A stretch of 64,000 nucleotides of DNA from NCBI RefSeq assembly GCF_009914755.1, contig NC_060941.1; one strand, written 5' to 3'. Made by a program: the position numbers and the translations under genes. A model generated the notes under the pieces. It worked only from the letters and a program-made list of their open reading frames with translations. It had not been told where the DNA came from and made no database searches. The stretch is from the human T2T-CHM13v2.0 reference genome, Homo sapiens. Positions 11,126 to 26,449 of this stretch are shown one piece after another. The stretch's first letter is position 1. Each line of letters starts with the position of its first letter.

Positions 11126-14100
11126 TGTTAAAAGAAAAACTTTAGCCGAATTAAATTTAAAGGAGTTTAATTGAGCAATGAATGATTCGCAAATTGGGCA
11201 GTCCCCAGAATCACACCAGATTCAAAGAGACTCCAGGGATGCCTCATGGTCAGAACAAATTCATAGACCAAAAAGGAGGGAAGTGACATACAGAAATTTG
11301 CAAAGGAGAGTCTTTGAAAGACAAAAGGAAGTCCACATAAATTGCTTTGAAACAAAGTCCATAGATCACAGAAGCTCATGACAAGAGTTGGCATTTGTTC
11401 ATTGGTGGTGACAGCCATTGCCAGCTAAGTGTCCTGGTGTAGCCAGCTCACCTAAAATACTGCAATATTGAGAAAGTTCTTCTGATAAGCTGTTATAGGG
11501 TACATGCAGGGCATGTATGCTATGTGGGACAAGTGGGGCATGTGGGGTGTGTAGGAATTTCTTGTGATAAGACAGGGTACAGATATGCATATGAGAGCTC
11601 CTTCTTTCATGCCCCCAACTCCATTTTATTAGAGTTTTGACATAAGAGACTCCATTTTGGTACCAGCAACTTGCACAATTCCAACTAATCCAGGGTTCTA
11701 ACTGAATAGATGGCAATTGATTGATTTTGCAAATAGTGGGCCCTAACATAACATTGTGAACACGACCCATGTTTACTTATTTCATAAACCAGGTGTAAAC
11801 CTGTTTTAACCAATCCTGAGTGCAATCCAAGTATTGTAATTGTTCTGCTGCTTTGTTAGTTAACAAAGCAGGAGAACAGTTGTTCTAATAAGTGGATCTC
11901 TTTTAATTCCCAGGACTTGGGGATCTTTTGTTCTGTTGAGATTTTTGCAGGGCTGGTATTTGTTGTAACAATTCGGCTGAAAGATAAGAACATGGATGTA
12001 TGTAGCCGTGTGAAGTGCTTTGCTGAGAGCAAGGAAGATTATTTTGAGTCACTGCACCTGCCTGCCTCCCTGGCTATAATACAAAAACATAATCCTTTCA
12101 AATAAAGGAGTGTAGGAAGTGACCGTCCCTCAGCCTCACCAATCAATTCAAATCAGTTCCAAGAAAACAGATTCAAATCAGTAACCCAAACCCTACCCAG
12201 AGCCAATTCTTTCTGAACAATAGCTGTTACCAAGGTCTCAGGAGCATTAGGCGCTCAATTCTATTTTAAGTAGCATGGTTGGAGCTTAACCCCAAGTCAG
12301 GTTTAAGTGATTAAACCAGTTAAGTAATTAATTTTATTCTGCCTCTTTATTTAAAAAGGACATGAGGGGTTTTACAACTTAAAATACGGTGACCATGAAG
12401 CATTTAAAAAGAGACTGGAAGCCTCATAATGGCAAAGTGGGAAATATTCTATCAGGAATGTGGACAAATAGTTTGAGCATGAAATTTGACTCTGAGCTTC
12501 CTAGCACTCAAGGCAAAAAGAGAAATGGTGGACCATGTAAATTTAATCACCTGATTTTCAAGGAAGAGTAAGAACAAAACCAAGAAGTAGCAGCATCAGC
12601 ATTTTGTTTGTTTGCTTGTTGACAAGCAGCATTTTTGTTTGGAGAAGCAAACATTCACTTGGCATTACATTTCTGGAAAATTAGATTTCGTAGATCCTCA
12701 TGTAAGAGACTTGGGGTAACTTGTTCAGAGATGTCTTTGACTGCGGTTTTGCAGAAGCAAAAATGGTTTAGGTCTCACCATGAAATCATGAAAGCTCGAA
12801 TCAGTGACGTTTCTTCTCGGGAGAGCAGTCAATTTATAATTAAGCTCCCGCGTCCACGCCTGATCCCATGTCACATTTATTTTTGACTTTGGTTCAGGGA
12901 TGAGAGGTGGTTGCTCACAATGACTTGAGTTTCAGAAAGATGGATTTGAGAGTCACGGCTGATACAGGTAACACAAACAAGCCAGCTTGAGTCAGCCACC
13001 AGAAAACCCCCATGCCTTCTATTTCCACTAGTTGCTCAATACTGTATTTACCTCTATGTGCTGCTCTCAAGAGAGAAAGTAAAAAAACCAGGGTGATCTT
13101 GGCTAGAGTTGCCACAAGGACTAGCACTGACTTCACGGCCTGAAGAGGAGCTTCAGCTGTTGGAAATTCTCAGTGTGCACATTTTGGCAATTTCCACCTG
13201 GAATGTGGTCCTGCTGGGATGGTGGCAAACAGCCAGACCTGTACAAGTGGCCTGTGCTCAAAGGCAAATGTCCTGGCCCTGGGCTTGCCCTCCTGAACCA
13301 GCTGACAAGCTGGCCCAGTTCCAGTGTTTAACCTTGTATACAAAGGCAACTTTTCTTAATTCACATTTGCCGGGGAATTCAATTACCTTGTTTTCTTGCC
13401 TTCTCTCTTCTGGTACTTTTGCAACCAGCTGTGAGAACTGCATTGCAAATGCCTGTAGGGAGTGTTTAGAATCACAGTGACCCCTATCACTCTTGTCGGC
13501 GATTCCCAGGGAAGATTCCAGCTTCTCTGGATTGACAACCAATGCTTCCCACAAGGAAAGGGTACAGAATTAAATGCAGACACTCCATCTCCTGCTTCCA
13601 GCCTTCTTAATGAGAAAGTTTCCACTTGTGGGGACAGCTCAGTGATTGATTCTTTTTAGCTGTGTGTCTTTTGGAAGGCACAGATTCCTTCTTAGGGTGC
13701 CAGGTGAATGGCAGCGGTGGTGAGTAACAGTCTTGTCTCTAGGACAGTGTGCTCTTTTGTGGTCAATGGAAGGGCATGAGCTGGCTTTGGGAAGCAAGGG
13801 CTGGGGCTGTCCCCTTGCTGCCAAAGTCAAGTCAAAGGACAGGAAACAAGCTCCCCAATTTCCCCAGTTTATTAAACTGGTGCATTCTGCGGCACCCTGT
13901 GCAGGTCTGAGCATAGCAGATGTGGGGCTTTCCCTGTCCAGGTGAGTCAAGTGATTCAGCCCTCTGGCTAATTTTCTTTCTTGGCACTTGGCTCTAAGTC
14001 TTGACTTGACTCTAGAAAAAATATGCTTCTCAGAAATGGGTACCACTTGGCTAAACCACCTACAAGGGAGCCAGATATCTCTGCAGAAATTCTCTAGGCT

Positions 14101-14387
14101 CCCCCAGCCATCCAGGTAGTAACATTAATAAAAAAACCTGTAACCTATTTTAATAGGCAGACAAGATTGAAAACCTAACTTAGGAATATGCACCTGTAAC
14201 AGTAGCTGAGTCTTGGCCAATCCCAACAGCCATACTGCAACCACTCAAGTGTTCAAACTGTGTTCAAATAAGGTAAACACCAACCTGTAACCAATCCAAC
14301 TGTTTTTTTACCTCATTCCCAATTTCCACAAGGACTCAAATAGAGAAGTACGGAGTCCTCTCAGACCATATTTAGTTTGCTTTAACA
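11126..14387 (-). mobile_element. MER57 LTR, split and internally rearranged (11126-11299 minus, ~14136-14326 plus, ~14327-14387 minus)
   Basis: TSD GTCA at 11122-11125 and 14388-14391; ends match recalled MER57 consensus TGTTAAAGCAAACTAAATATGG...TTTTCTTTTAACA. Confidence 0.85.
11300..14135 (-). repeat. Right (inserted) arm of the inverted repeat
   Basis: Reverse complement of 2512-5346; interrupts a MER57 LTR. Confidence 0.98.
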
Positions 14388-14573
14388 GTCATAACCCTGG
14401 TTAAGGCCTATTAGTTTCACAGGGAAGGCTATCTTTGGAAAAAATTTCAAAAACCAGAAATATCAGTGGTTCACCCCACTAAAATCTGGTAATAAGAGAT
14501 GTGAAATTTTTTTAAAAGAGCTTTATAATCAGAAGTCAACATAATTAAAACAGAATACAGAATTTAGGCTATT

Positions 14574-14575
<2 letters not shown>

Positions 14576-14620
<45 letters not shown>
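14576..14620. repeat. (TG)n microsatellite, ~22 units
   Basis: Direct. Confidence 0.98.
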
Positions 14621-14622
<2 letters not shown>

Positions 14623-15786
14623 TTTAAGACCTCTGTTCTCTCTCTATAAAAATTTCTCCATCAACTAAATTCATTTTGTCTTGAACTCCTGCTAGCCTTA
14701 TGCACTCCGTCTGTCTGTCTCTCCATTCACTTCTGTTGGCCCCTCCTTCCTCTTGCCATCCTTGATGCCACATGAGAGGACCAGAAAAATACGTTCTAAC
14801 AGCCTGAGATCCCTTAAGGAAAACAGAAAAGATGCCATGAACTACTCTTTTGAGAGGAACCTCTGTTTTTCCTCAGGGAATCCCAAGAGTTGTAAATATA
14901 CAGAGGCCTCGCCTCCCAGACCTAAAATTCTGTTCTCTTTTGTATTCTATTACCTTATCTGTTGGTTTTTGAGGTGCCAGAAATTACTCTATATTATGAA
15001 AAAAATTCCCTTATAAGATCCTGTGGTAAATTCCTGCAATTTTATGTTGCTTGATATCCATTTTTAGTTTTCCTGCAGCACAGCCTAAACTCCTTCTTAA
15101 AGTTGAATAAATTCTTGCTCTCTCTATCTTTTGAGACATGGATGGCTACACCTTGCTTCCACTGGGGCTCCATGATGACTTGAACCATGTGGGACAAATG
15201 GATTTTCATTCGTTCCACTTACAGCAACATAAATTGAATCCAGCTATCCTTTTAACTTTAGCCAGTCTCATGGCCAGAGTTTTAAAATCAAGACTGTAGT
15301 GTCTTTGTTTATGCCTGTTTGGATCTTTATTATGTGCATGTGTATGACCTTGTATGTTGCCTATGATACCAAATTGGCTTGTAAATAAAGGAGTACTTAT
15401 AAATTAAATGAATAAGTCCAAATGCTTTTCAGGTTCCCATGATTTTAATAATCTTTAGTAAATAAAGATAGTTTCGAAATTGTTGGTAAAACAAAATAAA
15501 AGTGTTTTCAGAATTTAATGTAGACATTTCTGCCCAGATCTATTGATCAGATACTGTCTCTGCTAGGTGTTTTAAGGTCATAAAACTATTGCTTCTGTAG
15601 TCCTTTCGATACTTGCTTCACTTGTCTATAAGCTTATGTATGTCTTTAGATTTGAGCCTTCGGGCCATGATGAGGCCTAGATCCAGGAAAAGTCCTTTGT
15701 CCTGGGGTCTACATCTGAAACATTAAAATTGCTTATTTCCTGTGCTTTTCATTGAAAATAAGGGTTATTAAGAATTAACATTGTAA

Positions 15787-16325
<539 letters not shown>

Positions 16326-17857
16326 TAAATTTTTGTCCTAAGGTAAAATGATAGGACAAAACTGAAGGTTTAAGCAAGTTGTAGAAAAAGATTTATGAAA
16401 GATTAATCATGTGAAAGGAGCTTTGTGTATGATCAAATTGACTAAAATTAAAAGGGGATGATTTAATTTTTTCAAAAATTAAACATTAATATGAAAAGCA
16501 CACTAATGCAGGGTCAGAGTCTGGGCCTCCATGTCAGAATGGCAAAGTTTTCTTGGAGCATTGAACTTCTCTTTAATAAACAATTATAAAAGGTTATAAA
16601 AGGGTAATAAAAATCTTACCTTGTGTGGTTAAAATTAACTGAAATTGGATGGATTTGTTTATAAGGTTTTATTAAAATTATCTTTAGCATTAATAATATG
16701 CTAATGAAAAGGTAAAACTTGGCTTTCTCTTTTAATAAGATTTTCATATAATATTAATAAGACATAATAACAGATTATGTTTACCCTTAGAATAAGCTCC
16801 AAAAATAAAACAAGCAAAAGAGAAAGAGACACATTCAGCTGGCATTATGCTGTCTTTATTAGGTCTTATGATTATTCGGAAAACTGAGTCTCCTCCCTAT
16901 GAAATAGTAAATTTTGCTTTTCAAAATCCTGGAATTATCACTTTGGCTAAATGAATGACTATTGCTTTATAGTTACCTGTGATCCTATTTTGTGATATCA
17001 AGTGTTTTAAACCTCTAATATCTGACAAACATTCCAAAATTAAATTTCAAATTCTTGATTCAGTCTTTTTGACCTCAAACTAATTTTTTTATATTAGGAC
17101 CCCTGGAAGTCCAGGAAAGACATATTGGGTTTACTTGGTATCTTAAAATCATACAGGAAACATTGTGAAATATAAAATGGTATTTAACTTTGTTTGGGTT
17201 GTATTTGCATAAATGTGTTATTAATATGTGTTCCAAAATTATATGAGATTCTTAAAATTCTGATGCCTTAATATGTTATCAGCAATGATTATAATTATTA
17301 TGTTAAATTCTTGTATGTCACAGACTCTTGTCAATTGCATCTTTAATCATAGCTTTTCCATGACTTGCTATCTATAACTTCTCAAAAAGTGATTTCTCCT
17401 TTGAAGAAGTTCATGGAAAGGATTCTAACAAATACTCTTGAATACAGGTTTCTGATAACTTTGGAAATGGTACCATTGACTAGGAAAAAACAAAAACAAA
17501 AACAAAGGAAAAACCTCCAGAACTCTAATTAAAAAGCTGATGTATTCATGAGGATTGCTAGCTCAACATCAAACAGAACAAGAGTTAATTATATGGAGCT
17601 AAACTAATAGATAACTGGAAGCATTTTTTTACTTTATTGTTTGAAACACTGCTGTTTTTTTTGTTTTATTTTCTTGAGTCAAGAAAACTTTTTCTTTTGA
17701 GCTATTTGTAGCTTTGAACAATTGATTAAAGTAAACTCTTGTAAGCAAAACTTCAAGCATGTTTCTCTCTACCTAATTTTTCCAAAATTTGGAAACCGTT
17801 AGTGAGTATTCTTAGTTTATAGCAATATAGTTATTTGCATAAGTTTAATAGGAATCT

Positions 17858-18276
<419 letters not shown>

Positions 18277-19578
18277 TTAATTTTGTAGAGCCAACAAAAA
18301 GTCCTTGGGAAAAACTGTCTGCACAATTCCCTCACAAAGTTTCTGACCCTGTGGTAAGTAAAGTATGTAACTTTCTGACAGCCCAAGAACCTCAGGATAT
18401 TTTGGGACCTCAAGAAGAGGGGAATTAATGCAATTCATACAGGTATCTGCAGGCACAGATAAATCCTTGACTTGGCTTTAGAGGCTTTTAAAAAGTCTAA
18501 TCTGATATTCCTTATGAAAAAATATTCCAGCAAAGCCAACTTTAAAAGAGCTTATATAGTCAATAACTATTTTCACTGCACATTATGCAAATAATCAGGC
18601 CAAAAATAAGAAGACTAAAACTTATTTTACAAATAAGTTGGTCCTGCTGTGGTTTGTCTTTGATAGAAATGGGGGATAGAGAGAGAAAAATTTCTTCCAT
18701 TTTCCTGACTTGGACTCAATGAAATTGCTACTACCTTTTTCTCGAGCTGAAATTCATGCCTTGTGATGTTTTGAGCCTAATATCTAGATGACCCAACTGA
18801 CTGCCCTCCAGACTGTAAGACAGCTGGTTTAAGGTCAGTTTCATCCTCGATGGACAGGACCATATGATGTGCTGTTGATGACTCATTCCTCAGTAAAATT
18901 AAGAAGAGTCAAACTGTAGATCCACTATTCCTGGGCAAACCTGGTTCCCCAAGAGTTTCCTAACCCTATCCATCAGAATGTGACAGAAAACAGGAACCAC
19001 ACCTTAAAAACATCACGGTCCTGGTCGTCTAAATTTGGAATGCTGGCACGCCCCGAAGACTGACTTCTGCAGGTGGACTAGTGAACCCTGACAGATCTCA
19101 CGTTGCTGTTCAGAAGACAGACGCCTAACAATAAACAATAAGAGATACAGACATAAACCATTCTTTGTCATCATTTATTTTGTCTATCAACTACTGGCTA
19201 AGCAGATTCTGTGTGCTGCCCTAGGGTCTTAATTACTTCAAGTGCTCATATTGAACCATAAACATGATTACCTTTTTGTTACGTTTCCCTGTGGACTTTG
19301 AGCCCCCTAGATTAAAAGGATAATTACGTAACTTGGATTTCTCGAACACTGGCAAAGACAAATAATCTGGAGATACGTTATCTGACCTGGCTAATAGACT
19401 AACAGTACAACAGTTCACTATATTGTCATAATCTGACAATTTATTATTTTAGTATTCTCCTCTTTTGGTTGCCTCATTATAAAGTCTGCTTTGATTTTGC
19501 CTCTTCAGATGAGCCCGGCCCTCAAATATACCTCCTTAGAGGCCTGCTCTCTGAACACATTGGAAGTCCCTATCTTAG

Positions 19579-20699
<1,121 letters not shown>

Positions 20700-20899
20700 T
20701 TAGCTCCCAGCAAATTAAACAACTCATTGGAACTAAATAGTCCACATACTCTGGGGATCCACAAACCCATATTTGCCTGAGTTCCAAAAAGATGGAGCTG
20801 ACTACTTCTTTGGGCAGATGTTGTTACCTTGGTGGGGAGTGGCATCCCATGAGCACACAATTAGAAATTTCTTCCTCACTTTCAAAATTCTTGCTGCTA

Positions 20900-21290
20900 A
20901 AACTGCATACAACAGCCACCCAGCCAAGAGGAATTAATTCATTGGCTCAGGTTGTTTTAGATAATAGGATAGTCTTAGATTGCATCTTAGCTGAATAGAG
21001 AAAAATATGTATAATTGCAAATACCATGTGCTGTACTTATATAAATGGATCTGGGCAGGTAGAAACTCATTAGAAAGAATTAGAGAACACGACATTTTGT
21101 TACAACAGGTCTCCCCAACTGTCCGCAAGGACTGGTTTTCTTTGTTTTCTTGGATTCCTCATGGAATACAGTCCATATTTTCTGGATTGCTAAAGTTAGG
21201 CATGTCCGTCTTGCTAATTTTGCTTATGCTTTCTATCGTAGCCAAATTAAAATGTTGTAATAAAGCAGTGATGAAAGCAAATAATATAAT
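20900..21290 (+). pseudogene. Retroviral env TM-subunit remnant
   Basis: INSLAQVVLDNRIVLDCILAE* (ISU-like), then in frame CIIANTMCCTYINGSGQVE (CX6CC), then frameshifted hydrophobic anchor IFSGLLKLGMSVLLILLMLSIV; just upstream of PPT and 3'LTR. Confidence 0.9.
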
Positions 21291-21468
21291 GATAATTCTG
21301 CACCATGGTGCCATGCCTGGGGCACGTGAATATCTTGAGCTACATGCTAGAAATTTATCTCCTCATTTCCTGGTCCCTAATCTTTGTCCCCATTCAGCAG
21401 AAAGTAGCCACAGCCGTCTGCGTTCCTGTACCCCCCAGGACTGAGAAGTGACAAAAGACAGGAGGAAT

Positions 21469-22234
21469 TGAGACCGAGCAGGACCCCTCTAAGGGTCCTG
21501 CAGGGATCTCCTCCCCACCCCCTCCAAAGCATGGAAATAAAGGAAAATCTTGAGTTCCTTCAAGGGAAATTCCAGGCACCTAGCTAGCTCTGAGAAGTAA
21601 ATGAGCAACTTGATAAGCAAGAAGGTAATAGTAGCTTAAAACCATAGCCAAGGAAGTTAGAGTCACAAGATGTTCCTTGTAGAATCTAAAGATAACTTCT
21701 TAACATATGTCCCTGAGTTGTTTTTCAGAAACCCCCACCAAATGGATCCACTGGAGCATAGACCTCAGATAAGGGGGAATTGAGGACTGAATTCTGACTG
21801 CCATTCTTAGTTCTAAAGTTCTTCCTGAGAATCCTGGAGGAAGCCATGCGAAAAAGCCAGGGCTAACATTTTTTTCAGCTGATCCTAAATTTTTAGACAA
21901 AGCTTTGCTTCCGTAGCCAACTGCAAATCAGAAAATCTTTGCATCTACCTATGACCTGTAAGCCCCTGGTTTGAGATGTCCCACCTTTTTAGATCAAACC
22001 AATGTGTAGTCTATGTGTATTGATTCACGAGTTTGCCTATAACCTCTGCCTTCTCATCTTTAAACCCCCTTACTTGCAAGCCATCGGGGAGGTCAGGTCT
22101 TAAGCATGAGCTGCCTGATTCCGCTTACTTGGTTCCCTGAAAATTAACACCCTCCTTTCTTCCACTGCAAACCTCAGTGTGAATGTTTGACTTTACTGCA
22201 CCAGGCAAGCGGACCCCACTTCAGTTCTGTAACA
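21469..22234 (+). mobile_element. 3' LTR of provirus
   Basis: Preceded by purine tract aaaagacaggaggaat; ends ctgtaaca|GGAC. Confidence 0.9.
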
Positions 22235-23119
22235 GGACTCTCTGTTTCACAACTATAACCCCATGCCTGGCACATACAAGGTGCTCAATGTTTGCTTGTT
22301 GACTGGCTGATTCATTGCATCTTACATGTTCTCTTTTTTAATATTCACAACGCTCTTCGATACAATAGGTGCCAGTAGGGGACATGCTGATGAGACAATT
22401 CAAGCACATGGTCAGAATAAGTTCTGGTTAATGTGGCAGCACAAGAGAAGAACACACTGTCTGATTCATTTGGAAATCAGGGATGGTGTTTAAGGAAGGG
22501 GAGCAAGGGACTATTGAATAACAGCAGCTGTTGAGTGTTATGTGCCTAACACTGGCTGGGCACATTGCCAGGTGGTTTATGCATATTGTCTGTAGCTCTC
22601 ACCACAACACTGCAAGGTGGATGTTTCCTCAGTTTACATTTGAGGAAAATGAGGCTCGAAGAGCCCAAATAACTTGTTTTAGACCAGTGGACTGAACTCT
22701 GTAAAACAGAATACCTGGAAAAAATATAGAAAGACAAAGTAGAAGACAAACTATCATATAGAAAGAAGTAGAATAAAGTTAAACCCCTAAACTTATGCAA
22801 TTACCACGGCCAAACACTGTTGGCAAGCAGCAAGGTGTAACAAATAGAATATAGATTCCGGAGTTGGACAAACTTGTATTTGAATCCCAGATTCACCATT
22901 TCCTCATTGTAAAATTCTGGGTAAGTCATTTAACTTTTTTAGCTTCAATGTTCTCATCCATAACGTGATAAGTACTTTAAGGGTAAGTATTAAATAAAAT
23001 GAGATGACTTGCATAATTATTGATACTCAATAAATGCTGTTTCCCTTTCTTAATCTGTCAGTCAAGGCAACAGAAGAGACAAAGAATTACGCAATTATTA
23101 TTATGTCTAAATATTGTTT

Positions 23120-23280
23120 TAATGGTTCTCAAAGTGTTGCCCCTGGGCCAGCAGCGTCACCTGGGAACTTGTTAGGCATGCAAATGACCAGGTTCCACCT
23201 CACACCGACTGTATCAGAGACCCTGGGGCTGGAACCCAGCAGTCTTTTTCCAGGAGCCCCCCAGGTGATGGTGTGTGCAC
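23120..23280. mobile_element. MER5-type hAT MITE
   Basis: tggttctcaaagtg...ttgagaacc terminal inverted repeats. Confidence 0.75.
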
Positions 23281-23417
23281 CAAAGCTTGAGAACCGTGGC
23301 TGTGGTTCATTATCCTCCTGGTCTCTGCAACACTGCAGTGGAGGGAACTGAGAAGCCGAGTAGGTTGGCAAGATCACAAGGTTATTCACTGGAGACATCA
23401 TTCAAATGCGGATCTCA

Positions 23418-23779
<362 letters not shown>

Positions 23780-24329
23780 AGAACACAGACTTTGTCATTT
23801 TTCTGTTGGAAATATGGAACTCTTTGTACCTCTGTGAGCCTCATTGGTGGAACTTAGAGACTCTCATAAGGCAGTCTCTCTGTTTATATGTCTTTTCCCT
23901 ACCTGAATCTACAATATAAGTACTCAATACATCTTCTGCTCACTCATTGTGAGGAAACATAGGGTAATATATATAAAAACATATTAAATAATCCTGAAAA
24001 AAGAATCATGCTCAAAGTAAATGCGCATATCTGTTATCAAGGAAACTCTCTTAATAGAGCCCCCCAGGTATCTTTCAAGGACTAGAGCAAGTTAGCAAGT
24101 TAGCACTTGCAGGTAAACAGCTGTGGAAGGAGAGTGATGCTGGGGCCTCAGTCATGTGCACCTGCCATAGGCTCAGTGTCATGGCCGTAAAAGCACAGCT
24201 TGATGTGTGCCCAAGCGAGGTGTTTGGCAGGTTGGGGTTGGGAGGAACTGCTATGGGCAAAATCACAAATATTGTCTCAGACAGCTGTGTGCAGGTAAAC
24301 TGGCTGTGGTGGGAACGGGGTACCCTGGT

Positions 24330-24570
24330 TGTTTTGTTTTGTTTTTTGAGACAGAGTCTTGCACTGTCGTTGAGGCTGGAGTGCAGTGGCGTGATCTCAG
24401 CTCACTACAACCTCTGCCTCTCGGGTTCAAGCGATTCTCCTGCCTTAGCCTCCTGAGTAGCTGAGATTACAGGCACGTGCCACCACACCCAACTAACTTT
24501 TGTATTTTTAGTAGAGACAGGATTTCACTATGTTGGTCAGGATGGTCTCGAACTCCTAACCTTGTGATCT
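24330..24570 (-). mobile_element. Alu (truncated)
   Basis: Antisense Alu. Confidence 0.88.
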
Positions 24571-26449
24571 GGGGTGCCCTGATTTGTAGCATTTATTGAT
24601 TTCCATGGTGAATACTCTCACTATGGGAGATTTCAAGCTACCAATGGTTTAACAATCTGCTTGCAAAGTTCCTGAATATTGAACAATCTGCTCTAGGGGT
24701 GCCAGTGTGGGCTGGCCTCAGAATACCCCTGTGGCATCAACTATCAGTGGGCCCGATTTTGACTAGCAGGTGGCACAGCAAAAGCCGTTTAACAATGCTG
24801 AGTGTTCTTCAATCTGCCTGTGTCCTGTTTAGTATCTATTGTCTTAAATATCTGGAAAATGCTAATGAAAATAAGAGGTAAGAAAAAAATCACTGAGGAA
24901 CTTTAAAAAAAAAATCAGTACCAAAGCTATACTTACAGATTCTGATTTAATTGGTGTTGGGTGGGACCTGGCATCAGCTCTTAAAGCCCCTCTCCCAGGT
25001 GATTCTAGTGTGTAGCCAGGGATAAATAATTGCAGATAATGTGGGTTAGCAAGGGGCAGGCCACCCCTAAACCTAGAGTCTATTGCCATAGTGCCCCATA
25101 CGAGAAAGAATGTGTTATCCCCACCTTGGATATCTTTTCCAGCTTTATTGAGGTTTACTTGACAAATACAAGTTGTACATATTTAAGATGTACGGTGTGA
25201 TGTTTTGATGTACGTATACATTGTGAAATGATTACCACTATGAAGCTAATTAACACATCCCTCACTTCACATAGTTACCCGTGTGTGTGTGTTTCCGGAG
25301 ATATATTCTCTCAGCAAATTTCATTATTATATTGTAATTATTCCAAAGCTGTTTTATGTATGTTTGACCTCCCCAAATAAGGGAAGCTCCTCAGGGACAG
25401 GGTCAGAGCCTCCTGTTAGAACATAGCAGGGTTGTGTGGATGGCGTGTCCTCAGTAGATGCTACATGCTCTGGGCTTATCTTCAAACACCTCGCCACACT
25501 GGAAGGATCACAGCCTTCTGTAGACATTACATGACAATCCTCAGAAGGAAAAGGGAGGACTGGGGACACCCCCACCATCACCAGACTGGGGACACAGAGG
25601 CTTCCCCATTAACAATAATAACTCAAAATGCCCTGAGCTGTGTCCCACATGCTCGTACTTCTGTGAGTTCCCTGGAGGTATTTCATGTATGCCTGTGCTT
25701 GAGTCCTCTCCTGCTGAACCCTGGTTTCTCTAGGGACTTGGCACAGAGCACCCCATGGCCACCAGATACCACCATCTTCCATCATATCCTGACCCTGGGG
25801 CCCTTGAAATAGCAAAGCTGCAGGGCTTTCTGGTGCAAAGTGGAAGAGAGGGGATCCCTGAACAGTCCACGGAAGCTGGGTAGGTGTGTGAATTTGAGTG
25901 AGAGGTCATCAGAGTCGCTGCCCTCTTTCCCTGCCTCAGTCATTCTGAAGGGCCCCTTCTTGTCCATTCATCAACCGTGGCTCCTTCTTTGCTTAGAATG
26001 AGTTCTCTGAGGGGAGGTTCCACCATTAATACAAATCAGGTCTGGAAAGCCATCCCATCGGTTTTCCAGACATGCCTGAGCCTTGGGTTGGATTCAAGCT
26101 GAGATCACCCCTCAAGTCACAGCAGATACACCAGTGGCAGCAGTCGGCACCTACAGGACAAGCAAGGTGCATCCAGAATCTAAAGATAAGGCTCCCCTGT
26201 CAGAGGAAAACCCATACAAGTGAACACTTCATAGATGAAACTGGCCATCTGTAGAAGTGATCTGCCTGATGAGGCAGAAAGGAAAGGGGAGAAAACTAAC
26301 ATTTTCTGAGCACAATTTTCTAGATTTTTTATATATTTTGGCACTGAGTGCTCACAATTCCCTTAGGTAGGTAAAATTATTCCCATTTTATAGATCAAGA
26401 AACAGAAATTCAAAGAGATCATGTGGCTGACTTTAATCTCAGGTATATT

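Noticed and set aside
2601-14046. Pairs of identical ORFs on opposite strands (e.g. 135 aa at 2601 and 13639)
   Set aside because: Consequence of the inverted duplication; no recognisable domains, many non-ATG starts
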